A stretch of DNA of 45,581 nucleotides from Thermomicrobiales bacterium. GTDB lineage: Bacteria > Chloroflexota > Chloroflexia > Thermomicrobiales > UBA6265. Below, one piece after another: positions 32,004 to 39,864 of the stretch. The stretch is from NCBI GenBank assembly GCA_035540335.1, contig DATLHE010000178.1, forward strand, positions 1-45,581. Reading direction: 5' to 3'. Each line of letters opens with the position of its first letter. The first letter of the stretch is position 1. The notes under the pieces were generated by a model. The model ran no database searches. It was not told the DNA's origin and worked only from the letters and a program-made list of their open reading frames with translations. The position numbers were made by a program, and so were the translations under genes.

Positions 32004-32265
32004 CCGGTGCGTCGCCTGGGCAGGCGGGCTGAAGTGCTCGCTTGTTGGTCGCGACGTTCCGGGGCGGGTCAGGGAATCGGAAAGGCTGTTCTGGTTCTGT
32101 TTGCGTGATCGCAGCTGCAAAGGCTCGACCCCCTCTGTCGTTACGGTGCCGTCGCCGATCCTTCCCAGTCCACTACAATCATGGCGATTGCAGCATCACT
32201 CTACCATCTCTCGCAGGTCCCATGACTGCTCAGGCGAGCCTGCAGGGAGGCGACAAGGGGCGGAC

Positions 32266-34566
32266 GTGGACGGCCTGACACTCTTTCAAAACGCACTGAA
32301 CCGCACGTACGTTCCGGAACTCGTTCGGATGCATGCTCGCCCGGAGCTCGATCATCAGCGGCGGCCGGTGGTGATCCAGGGGGAGCATGCGCTGGTTGCG
32401 CGCATTCTTCGCACGGACGGTGCCCGCCTCGCGCTGCGCGTCGCCGCGTCGCCGGAGACCGGCAGGGACTGGCACCTGCGCTACGCCGCGATGCGCACCG
32501 ATGTCCCGGACTCTGTGCGCGATTTCCTGCCGCACGCGATCGACGTGGTGCCCAACGGCTTCCGGATCGGCGACGTCCTCCATGAGGCGATCGTCACCGA
32601 GTGGATCGACGGGCCGACCGTCCTGCAGGCCGCCGATCGGGCCGGGCGCGGGGGGAACACCGCCGTGCTGCGGGCGCTCGCCGCCTCGCTGCGCGAACTG
32701 GTGGTCGCCTTCCGGCAGGCGCGGGTCGTCCATGGCGACCTGGCGGCCGACAACCTGATGATGCGGCCGAACGGCGACCTCGTCGCCATCGATCTCGACA
32801 GCATGACGTGGCCCGGCGCTCAGCTCGGCCCGGCCGGCGGTGGCACGCCGGAGTACCGGCATCCGGGCGGCGGGTCCGCCGCGGAGCGCGATGCGTTCGC
32901 GGCGCTGGTGCTCTACACGTCGCTGCGCGTGCTGGCGGACGATCCCGACCTGCGTCGCACCTACGGTGACCCGGTATCGATCCATGGCGGGGCGCTGCTG
33001 TTCTCCGCCTGGGACCTGGCGGATCCGGCGACGTCTCGCGCGTTCGCGGATGCCCGCGAGCGTGTCCCGACGGAGACGCAGACCCTGCTCGACCGCCTGA
33101 GGGACGCCTGCATCGGGCGGCCGGCGCAGGCGGCGGCGATTCTCGGCGAGGTCTTCGCGCTGCCTCGTGCACCTGAACCCGAGGCCCGGGCCGTCGAACA
33201 GACGCAGATGACGACCGCGTGGGACGTGTCGTCGGTCATCGATCGCATCCGGACGCAGTACGGGACCGCGCAGCCGTCCGAGCGCCCGGCCCCGCCTGCG
33301 CGGGGCGATTGGTCGACGTGGGCATCCCCGGACGACCAGCCGGCGCCCGAGCCGCCCGCCACGATGAAGCTTCCGGCCCAGCCGGACCCCACGCGAGGGC
33401 TCGACGAGGATCGCGAGCGGCTGCGGCAGGCGATTGCCGTTGGCGACGAGGCCGAGGTTGTGCGCCTCGCCGCGCGGCTCGGCGACGATCCGGTGGCGCA
33501 GATGTACAAGCTCGATGTCGAACGCGTGTTGGCGGCGGGCTACGAGCAGCGAATCGCACAGGCCGCCAACCGGCGCCAGGACGACCAGGTTCTGGCCCTG
33601 GCGGGGGAGGTGGCGCGCCGGCACCTGCCGGTCAGCGCGGCGACCCGGGGCCACGTCCGCCGGGCGAAGGAGCGGATCTCTGTGCGCGGGCGTTTGGAGG
33701 CGGCACTCGCCGCGGACGATCGCCGCGCGTTGACCGACCTCGCCGTCTCGGGCGAGCTCGTCGTTCTCGGCGACACGGACCGGGCGTCGCTGCAAAAGGT
33801 GCTGCGTGCACTGGAGTGGCCGAGCCTGCAGCGGGCGCTCGCCACCGACGACGACGCGATGATCCTCGAGTGGTTCGACGAGGAGCTCTTCGGCGAGCCG
33901 ACGGCGCTCCCGGAGGACGCGCAGCGCCGGGTGCAGCTCGCCCACGACCGGACGGCGTGGGTGATCGAGGTCCGCGATGCCCTGAAGCGCCGGCGCGTGC
34001 GGGATCTGGCGTCGCTTTTCCTCGGGGCGCCCGAGGGTGGGCCGGAGCGGCTGACGGCGGCGGAGCGGGAGCGCGCCGCGCGGTTGATCGAGCGGCAGGC
34101 CGCGCTCGACGAGCTGCAGCTGGCGATCCGCTCCGGTGATGACAATGCCGTGCTGGCGGCGCTCAACACGATCGAGCGGGTCGGAGCGCGGATCGAGGAC
34201 CGGTTCTCGTGGGGCACGGTGCAGGGGGTTGTCGAACGGGCGTCGCTGATCGAGGACATCGTGGCGGCCGCGACCGCGCGGCCTGTCGACGACCGGCAGC
34301 TGGCGCACCTGCTGCCGGTGGCGAAGACGATGGGCCTGGCGCACGATCCACGGCTGCGCGACGACCTCGCCATCGAGCACCTGGAGCGATTGGTGCTCCG
34401 GGGAGCGGCGGTGCGGCGCATCCGGCGGGCGCTGCGGGAGGACGACGATCACGCCATCCGGCAGGCGGCGTACCCCGACGTCGCGGACGCGCAGGACGCG
34501 CTGACGGAGGCGGAACGGATGCGGATCGCGGAGGCCGTGGCCCGCTCCGGGCGGGCGGCGTCGTAG
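32266..34566 (+). CDS. Hypothetical protein with a degenerate protein-kinase-like N-terminal domain and a ~450-aa C-terminal alpha-helical repeat region
   Basis: GTG 32266 is preceded by GGGAGG and AAGGGG. Kinase-like landmarks are VTEWIDGPTV (hinge), HGDLAADNLMM (catalytic loop), VAIDLDSM (in place of DFG) and GTPEYRHPGG (APE-like). I see no Gly-rich loop, and LALRV stands where the VAIK lysine is expected. Five or more A-[IL]-x3-D-[DE]-x2-[ILV] repeats follow. ATG 32329 is an alternative start. Confidence 0.7.
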   Translation: MDGLTLFQNALNRTYVPELVRMHARPELDHQRRPVVIQGEHALVARILRTDGARLALRVAASPETGRDWHLRYAAMRTDVPDSVRDFLPHAIDVVPNGFRIGDVLHEAIVTEWIDGPTVLQAADRAGRGGNTAVLRALAASLRELVVAFRQARVVHGDLAADNLMMRPNGDLVAIDLDSMTWPGAQLGPAGGGTPEYRHPGGGSAAERDAFAALVLYTSLRVLADDPDLRRTYGDPVSIHGGALLFSAWDLADPATSRAFADARERVPTETQTLLDRLRDACIGRPAQAAAILGEVFALPRAPEPEARAVEQTQMTTAWDVSSVIDRIRTQYGTAQPSERPAPPARGDWSTWASPDDQPAPEPPATMKLPAQPDPTRGLDEDRERLRQAIAVGDEAEVVRLAARLGDDPVAQMYKLDVERVLAAGYEQRIAQAANRRQDDQVLALAGEVARRHLPVSAATRGHVRRAKERISVRGRLEAALAADDRRALTDLAVSGELVVLGDTDRASLQKVLRALEWPSLQRALATDDDAMILEWFDEELFGEPTALPEDAQRRVQLAHDRTAWVIEVRDALKRRRVRDLASLFLGAPEGGPERLTAAERERAARLIERQAALDELQLAIRSGDDNAVLAALNTIERVGARIEDRFSWGTVQGVVERASLIEDIVAAATARPVDDRQLAHLLPVAKTMGLAHDPRLRDDLAIEHLERLVLRGAAVRRIRRALREDDDHAIRQAAYPDVADAQDALTEAERMRIAEAVARSGRAAS

Positions 34567-34589
34567 GGCAGGCACCGATCACGGAGAAG

Positions 34590-34610
34590 GGGCCGCCACA
34601 AGGGCGGCCC
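34590..34610. terminator. ACAAG-loop hairpin between convergent genes (terminator/REP-like)
   Basis: GGGCCGCC-acaag-GGCGGCCC forms an 8-bp stem. It lies 24 nt after the stop at 34566 and 15 nt beyond the stop of the minus-strand oxidoreductase. No U-tract. Confidence 0.4.
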
Positions 34611-34624
34611 GTACGAGCATGGTT

Positions 34625-35791
34625 TTACGACGGCTCGACCGGGGTCTCCCAGGCGCCGGATTCGGTGCTGCGGATAACCGCGTCGAGCACGGCCTGGCAG
34701 CGGAAGCCGTCCTCAAACGTCGGCGCCGGGTTCGTGCCCGAATGGATGCCGTCGAGCAGATCCTTCACGCCATTGATGTGCGAGTGCTCCCAGCCGATGA
34801 TGTGCCCGGCCGGCCACCAGTTGCCGGTGAAGGCGTGCGACGGCTCGGTGACGCTGATGGTCCGGAACCCCTGCAGGCCGGTGTCATCGTCGGTGAAGTA
34901 GACCTCGAGCTCATTCAGCCGCTCGAGGTTGAACGTGATGCTGCCCTTCGAGCCGTTGATCTGGAACGAGTTGTAGTTGCGGCGGCCGGGCGCGAGACGG
35001 GTGGCCTCGAAGACGCCGGTGGCGCCGTTGGCGAAGCGGGCGAGGAAGGAGGTCGAGTCGTCGACCGTGACGTCGCCCATCTCCTCACCGGCGGCCATCG
35101 AGAGACCGGTGCCGCCGGTGCTTGCGACCTCGACCGGGCGCTGCTTGATAAAGGTGTCCAGCGTGCCGACGACCTTGGAGACGTCGCCGATGAGGAAGCG
35201 GGAGAGGTCGACGATGTGCGCCCCGATATCGCCCAGCGCGCCGGAGCCGGCGAGCTCCTTCTTGAGCCGCCACGAGAGCGGGGCCATGGGGTCGAGCAGC
35301 CAGTCCTGCAGGTAGACGGCGCGCCAGTGGCGAATCTCGCCGAGTCGTCCCTCGTCGATGAGACGCTTGGCGAGCTGCACGGCGGGCACGCGGCGGTAGT
35401 TGAAGTTCACCATCGCGATCGTGCCGGCCTTGCGCCAGGCGTCGAGCATCTCCTGCGCTTCCGGCAGGGTGTTTGCCAGCGGCTTCTCGCAGAGGACGTG
35501 CTTGCCCGCCTCGAGCGCGGCGATGACGACATCCTTGTGCAGGTAGCCGGGGGTGGAGACATCGACGAGGCCGATGTCATCCCGCTTGACCAACTTGTGG
35601 TAGTCGGTCTCGTAGGACTCCCAGCCAAGTGTCTCGGCCGCGCTCTTGACGGCGGCCTCGTCACGGCCGCAGATGGCGACCATGCGGGGCTTGGGGTCGA
35701 CCGGAAAAAAGGCCGCCACCTGCCGGTACGAGTTCGAATGGGCCCGGCCCATGAATTTGTAGCCAACGAGACCGACGCCGATCGTGCTCAT
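34625..35791 (-). CDS. Gfo/Idh/MocA family NAD(P)-dependent oxidoreductase
   Basis: MSTIGVGLVGYKFMGRAHS.. is the Rossmann N-terminus. The ..HVLCEKPLANT.. EKP motif is present. Length is 388 aa. Confidence 0.9.
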   Translation of the reverse strand: MSTIGVGLVGYKFMGRAHSNSYRQVAAFFPVDPKPRMVAICGRDEAAVKSAAETLGWESYETDYHKLVKRDDIGLVDVSTPGYLHKDVVIAALEAGKHVLCEKPLANTLPEAQEMLDAWRKAGTIAMVNFNYRRVPAVQLAKRLIDEGRLGEIRHWRAVYLQDWLLDPMAPLSWRLKKELAGSGALGDIGAHIVDLSRFLIGDVSKVVGTLDTFIKQRPVEVASTGGTGLSMAAGEEMGDVTVDDSTSFLARFANGATGVFEATRLAPGRRNYNSFQINGSKGSITFNLERLNELEVYFTDDDTGLQGFRTISVTEPSHAFTGNWWPAGHIIGWEHSHINGVKDLLDGIHSGTNPAPTFEDGFRCQAVLDAVIRSTESGAWETPVEPS

Positions 35792-35860
35792 GTGTGGTTA
35801 CCTCGCTTGGTGTTGGTCGCTCCGTCGATGGCCCGCAGGCGATGACTGTCTGCAGCGAAC

Positions 35861-35900
35861 GTCGCTTCGCGTAGGGTCCTTCGCTGCGCTCAGGATGAGT
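35861..35900 (+). repeat. Single copy of the CGCTTCGCGTAGGG..GCTCAGGATGAG module inside an operon spacer
   Basis: GTCGCTTCGCGTAGGGTCCTTCGCTGCGCTCAGGATGAGT is near-identical to the modules at 651-690, 39098-39139 and 41971-42012. Confidence 0.85.
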
Positions 35901-35906
35901 GGTTTG

Positions 35907-36869
35907 CTACACCCACCAGGCGGCGCCGGGCTGCTCGTGGAGAACGACGTCCTTGAGGAAATCGACGGCCCGCGTGAAGCCCTCGTTGATGCTCAGCAGT
36001 GAGTCCTCGTGCTCGATCGAGAGCGCGCCATCGTAGCCCGCGAGGCGCAGCTCGGAGACGAGCGAGCGCCAGAACTCCTGCCCGTGGCCGTATCCGACGG
36101 TGCGGAAGATCCAGGAGCGGTGCTTCTCGTCGGTGTATTGCTTGGTGTCGAGCACGCCGTTGCGCTTGATGTTCGGCTCGTCCAGCCACGTGTCCTTCAT
36201 GTGGACGTGGAAGATGGCGTCGCCGAGCTCGCGGACGCAGACCAGCGGGTCCATGCCCTGCCAGAAGAGGTGCGAGGGGTCGAAGTTGACGCCGATCGCC
36301 TCGCCGCCGATCTCGCGCAGCCGCCAGAACGACTCGGTGTGGTAGCCGATGAAGCCGGGATGGAGCTCTATCGCGACGCGGACGTTGTTGTCAGCGGCGA
36401 ACGTGCCGGCCTCCGACCAGTAGGGCGTGGCGACCTCTTTCCACTGCCAGTCGAGGATCTCCAGATACTCCGTCGGCCAGGGGCAGGTGACCCAGTTGGG
36501 TTTGGTCGCGTTCGGGCCCTCGCCGGGGCAGCCGCTGAAGGTGATCACGTTCTGCACGCCGATCTGGTTGGCGAGGCGAACGGTCTTGCGGAAGGTGTCG
36601 TCGTCCTTCCGCGCGACGTCCTTGTTCGGATGCAGTGGGTTGCCGTGGCAGGAGAGGGCGCTTATCTCCAGTCCGCGGCTGGTGATGGCGTCCATCCATT
36701 GCTTCTGGGCCGCGCTGTTGTCCACGAGCGCGTCGAGGTCGCAGTGGGCGTTGCCGGGCGCGCCGCCGGTGCCGATCTCGACGGCCTCGCAGCCGGTTTC
36801 CTTGATGAAGTCGAGCGCCTGTTCGAACGACCGCTCGGCGAAGAGGACCGTAAAGACACCGATTTTCAT
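35907..36869 (-). CDS. Sugar phosphate isomerase/epimerase (xylose isomerase-like TIM barrel)
   Basis: The start MKIGVFTVLFAERSFEQALDFIKETGCEAVEIG.. (ATG 36869) has a GGGAGGA RBS. The internal ..VAIELHPG.. and ..LSIEHED.. are typical metal-ligand strands. The track ORF start at 37100 is an over-extension. Confidence 0.88.
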   Translation of the reverse strand: MKIGVFTVLFAERSFEQALDFIKETGCEAVEIGTGGAPGNAHCDLDALVDNSAAQKQWMDAITSRGLEISALSCHGNPLHPNKDVARKDDDTFRKTVRLANQIGVQNVITFSGCPGEGPNATKPNWVTCPWPTEYLEILDWQWKEVATPYWSEAGTFAADNNVRVAIELHPGFIGYHTESFWRLREIGGEAIGVNFDPSHLFWQGMDPLVCVRELGDAIFHVHMKDTWLDEPNIKRNGVLDTKQYTDEKHRSWIFRTVGYGHGQEFWRSLVSELRLAGYDGALSIEHEDSLLSINEGFTRAVDFLKDVVLHEQPGAAWWV

Positions 36870-37153
36870 GCGCCATCCTCCCTGTTCGTGCGTTTCGCCT
36901 GTGACTGCCAATGCATCATACCCGCGATCCCGCGCGGGCGAAACGCCACGAAACCCGCCCGCCCGGTGTCGGGGGGGCGTTTGGAACTTTGGTACATTGG
37001 AACCCAGCATTCGTCCCCGTGTGACGCCGTGGCACCCCCGCCTCCGCCACGTCGTCGTTGCCATGTGGAAAGAGCGCTCGTCCCTGCTTCGATGGTGCAC
37101 CGCGTCCGTCCGTTCATGGCCCGCGTGCGTCCTGAGGAAACCCGGATCTCTCC

Positions 37154-38728
37154 ATGACGACCCGTGATCGCGAAGCCGTCGCCGGCTCGCGGCTGATCAT
37201 CGCCAACCGCTACGAGATCGATCTCGACAACCCGCTCGGAACGGGCGGCATGGCGACCGTCTATCGCGGGCAGGACTTGCGGACGCGGCGGCCGGTGGCG
37301 ATCAAGACGCTGCGGCCGGAATATCAGCGCAACCCGGACTCGCGCCGCAAGTTCCGCCAGGAAGCGCGGATGATGGCCTTCGTGTCGCATCCGAACCTGG
37401 TGACGATCTATGACCTGCACGACGAGTCCAGCGGGTCGTGGATGGTGATGGAATATGTGGCCGGTCGGAACCTCAAGCAGATCCTCGAGGATGAGGGACC
37501 GCTCGACCCCGAGACGGTGATGGGCATCCTCGACCAGACGCGCAAGGCGCTCGGTCACATGCACGCCCGCAACCTCGTCCATCTCGACGTCAAACCGCAG
37601 AACCTGATCCAGATGCCGGACGGGACGATCAAGCTGATCGACTTTGGGCTGGCGCAGATGACCGGCACCAACCAGGAGATGGTCGGCGGCACGGCGTTCG
37701 GCACGGTCGCCTATCTCGCGCCGGAGCAGGCAAGCGGCGAGATGGTCGACGCGGCGACCGATGTCTACTCGCTCGGCTGCGTCATCTACGAGCTTCTCAC
37801 CGGGCGGCCGCCGTTTGTCGCCGATGGGGCGGACCAGAAGCGTCAGCTGATCGACGCGCATCTCAACGAGCTGCCGCAGTCGCCTTCGACCGTGCGGCCG
37901 GAGCTCGAGCTGCCGGGGTGGATCGACGATGTCCTCGGCTGGGCACTGGCCAAGCGCCGGAGCGAGCGCTTCCATGATGTGGACACGTTTTCCCGGATGT
38001 TCGAGGCGGGGCTGGAGGGCGCGGCGATCCCGCATCTCGACCACACCTCGGCGATCGAGACGCCGGCGCCGAGGGCGCCGGCGCAGACCGGCGTCTTCCG
38101 GCGGCGCTTCCGGCAGGTGGCTCGGTGGGAGGGGCCAGGGCGTGTCGCGACGGCCCCGGCGGCCGCGATCCCGGACGCACAGCCGGTCTCGCCGAGCGTG
38201 GCGCGACGGCTGTACCGGCGGGGCGGCAAGCTGGCGCGACGCTCGCGACGCGTCCGGCGCACGCTGTGGCGGCTGACCGCCGTGCTCGCGATCGGGAACC
38301 TCTTGCTGGCGATTGTGCTGATGGTCCAGAGCGGCCCGTCGGCGCTGGTCGAGCGCTTCCTCTCGCTCGCGCCGGGGACGAGCACCGAGGTCGTCGTCGA
38401 CGGGCTCAACCTGCGCGACGCGCCGGGTGCCGACGCCGGGGTGATCGCCGTGCTCGGCAACGGCCAGACGGTGAAGGTGATCGGGCTGTCCGAGGACGAC
38501 GACCAGGGCCGGTGGTGGCCGGTGGAGGTCGAACAGGATGGCCAGCGCCTCGAAGGATGGGTCTGGGAAGGCGGATTGCAGCCGAATGCCTGGACCGGGC
38601 GGCTCTCGTGGATGCAGGACGTTGTGGACGGTGTCGTGGGCGTCAAGGACCGGATCGGCGGCTTCGTCGACGACGTGATCGGGGTCATCCCGGGGCTCGC
38701 CGTGGGCCCGCGATGGGCTGTGACATAA
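37154..38728 (+). CDS. Hanks-type Ser/Thr protein kinase with one TM segment and an extracytoplasmic SH3b-like domain
   Basis: GTGGMATVYRG, VAIKTL, HLDVKPQNL, DFGLAQ and GTVAYLAPEQ. The TM is LWRLTAVLAIGNLLLAIVLMV. The C-terminal ..LNLRDAPGADAGVIAVLGNGQTVKVIG..WWPVE..GWVW is SH3b-like. Confidence 0.9.
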   Translation: MTTRDREAVAGSRLIIANRYEIDLDNPLGTGGMATVYRGQDLRTRRPVAIKTLRPEYQRNPDSRRKFRQEARMMAFVSHPNLVTIYDLHDESSGSWMVMEYVAGRNLKQILEDEGPLDPETVMGILDQTRKALGHMHARNLVHLDVKPQNLIQMPDGTIKLIDFGLAQMTGTNQEMVGGTAFGTVAYLAPEQASGEMVDAATDVYSLGCVIYELLTGRPPFVADGADQKRQLIDAHLNELPQSPSTVRPELELPGWIDDVLGWALAKRRSERFHDVDTFSRMFEAGLEGAAIPHLDHTSAIETPAPRAPAQTGVFRRRFRQVARWEGPGRVATAPAAAIPDAQPVSPSVARRLYRRGGKLARRSRRVRRTLWRLTAVLAIGNLLLAIVLMVQSGPSALVERFLSLAPGTSTEVVVDGLNLRDAPGADAGVIAVLGNGQTVKVIGLSEDDDQGRWWPVEVEQDGQRLEGWVWEGGLQPNAWTGRLSWMQDVVDGVVGVKDRIGGFVDDVIGVIPGLAVGPRWAVT

Positions 38729-38823
38729 CCTCCATACTTTTGCGCGGCGGGCGCGACATCTGCCCATCAGACTTCATGGTGTAAGGACGGAGCCTTCCCG
38801 GAAACGGGTTCATTCAACGGAGA

Positions 38824-39009
38824 ATGACCACCATGGAAACGTTTGTCGTGATCGCGGCTGTGACCCTGTTTGGCGTGCTGTTTGGACTGATGGCGATCGT
38901 GCCGGCGCTGCTGGAGATCGAGCAGAAGGCGGATTACCCGCACAACGTGGTTCATCTCGATTCGGTGCGACCGACGCCGCATGGGACGGACCACCGGCCG
39001 GCGGCGTAG
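38824..39009 (+). CDS. Small hypothetical membrane protein (61 aa)
   Basis: One clear TM (FVVIAAVTLFGVLFGLMAIVPALL). Third positions are G/C-rich. GGAGA lies just upstream; the start is 38824 or the in-frame ATG at 38833. No family recognised. Confidence 0.45.
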   Translation: MTTMETFVVIAAVTLFGVLFGLMAIVPALLEIEQKADYPHNVVHLDSVRPTPHGTDHRPAA

Positions 39010-39028
39010 GGACAGGAGCGTCCCTTGT

Positions 39029-39139
39029 CGTAGTCGTGCGCCCCGAAGGGTGTGCGCACGAAGCCACTGTACGAGAGAGCAGGGCCAATCGTGAACAGCG
39101 CTTCGCGTAGGGTCCTGCGCTTCGCTCAGGATGAGGGGG
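39029..39139. repeat. Two repeat modules upstream of the response regulator gene
   Basis: Inverted GCGCACACCCTTCGGGGCGCAC..CTACG hairpin at 39029-39057. GCGCTTCGCGTAGGGTCCTGCGCTTCGCTCAGGATGAGGGGG at 39098-39139. Confidence 0.85.
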
Positions 39140-39165
39140 CTTTGGCCTCATGAGGAGTCGTTTCG

Positions 39166-39864
39166 TTGGCGCGTGTGCTGGTAGTCGAAGACGAACAGGA
39201 ATTGTTGGCCCTGATCCGGCAGGAGCTGCGCCACGCGGGGCACGAGGTGGAGGCCGCGTACGACGGGCCGACTGGCGTGGCGGCGGTCGAGCGAGAGGAG
39301 CCCGACCTGATCGTGCTCGACGTCATGCTGCCCGGCTTCGACGGTCTCGAGGTGCTGAGGCGCGTGCGGGCGAAGCGGGCGACGCCGATCCTCATGCTCA
39401 CCGCGCGCTCCACCGAGCTCGACAAGGTGCTCGGGCTCGAGCTCGGCGCCGACGACTACCTCACCAAGCCGTTCTCGATGCGGGAGCTGCTGGCGCGCGT
39501 CTCCGCGATCCTGCGGCGGGTCGAGCTGATCCGGGCGCGGTCGGCCTCGACGCCCGAAGCGGAGCGGATCGAGGCTCCGGGGCTAGTGATCGACATCGCG
39601 GCGCATGAGGTGATCGTCGAGGGGCAGACGGTCGCGTTCACCGCGACCGAGTTTCGCTTGCTGCGCCTGCTGGCCGGGAACCCCGGCCGGGTGTTCAGCC
39701 GTGAATACCTGCTGGAGGAGGTCTGGGGCGGCGACGTGACCGTGTTCGACCGGACGGTGGACAGCCACATCCAGCGTGTCCGCAAGAAGCTCGGGAAGGC
39801 GGGCGAGATGATCGAGACGGTGTGGGGCGTCGGGTATCGCTTCACCGCGCGGGTCCGGGCATGA
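39166..39864 (+). CDS. OmpR/PhoB-family response regulator
   Basis: TTG start with GAGGAG 8 nt upstream. The receiver is VLVVEDE..DLIVLDVMLPGFDG..LTA..DDYLTKPF. The winged helix ends ..TVWGVGYRF. Confidence 0.9.
   Translation: MARVLVVEDEQELLALIRQELRHAGHEVEAAYDGPTGVAAVEREEPDLIVLDVMLPGFDGLEVLRRVRAKRATPILMLTARSTELDKVLGLELGADDYLTKPFSMRELLARVSAILRRVELIRARSASTPEAERIEAPGLVIDIAAHEVIVEGQTVAFTATEFRLLRLLAGNPGRVFSREYLLEEVWGGDVTVFDRTVDSHIQRVRKKLGKAGEMIETVWGVGYRFTARVRA

Noticed and set aside
32230-34575. 781-aa minus-strand ORF antisense to the kinase-like gene.
   Set aside because: The shadow ORF is Arg/Pro/Gly/His-rich. The plus-strand frame contains ordered kinase-fold landmarks and periodic helical repeats.
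36866-38767. 633-aa minus-strand ORF, and the 382-aa and 408-aa plus-strand ORFs at 36009-37157 and 34619-35845.
   Set aside because: They are antisense to the Ser/Thr kinase, the isomerase and the oxidoreductase respectively. All three have the typical GC-rich shadow composition.
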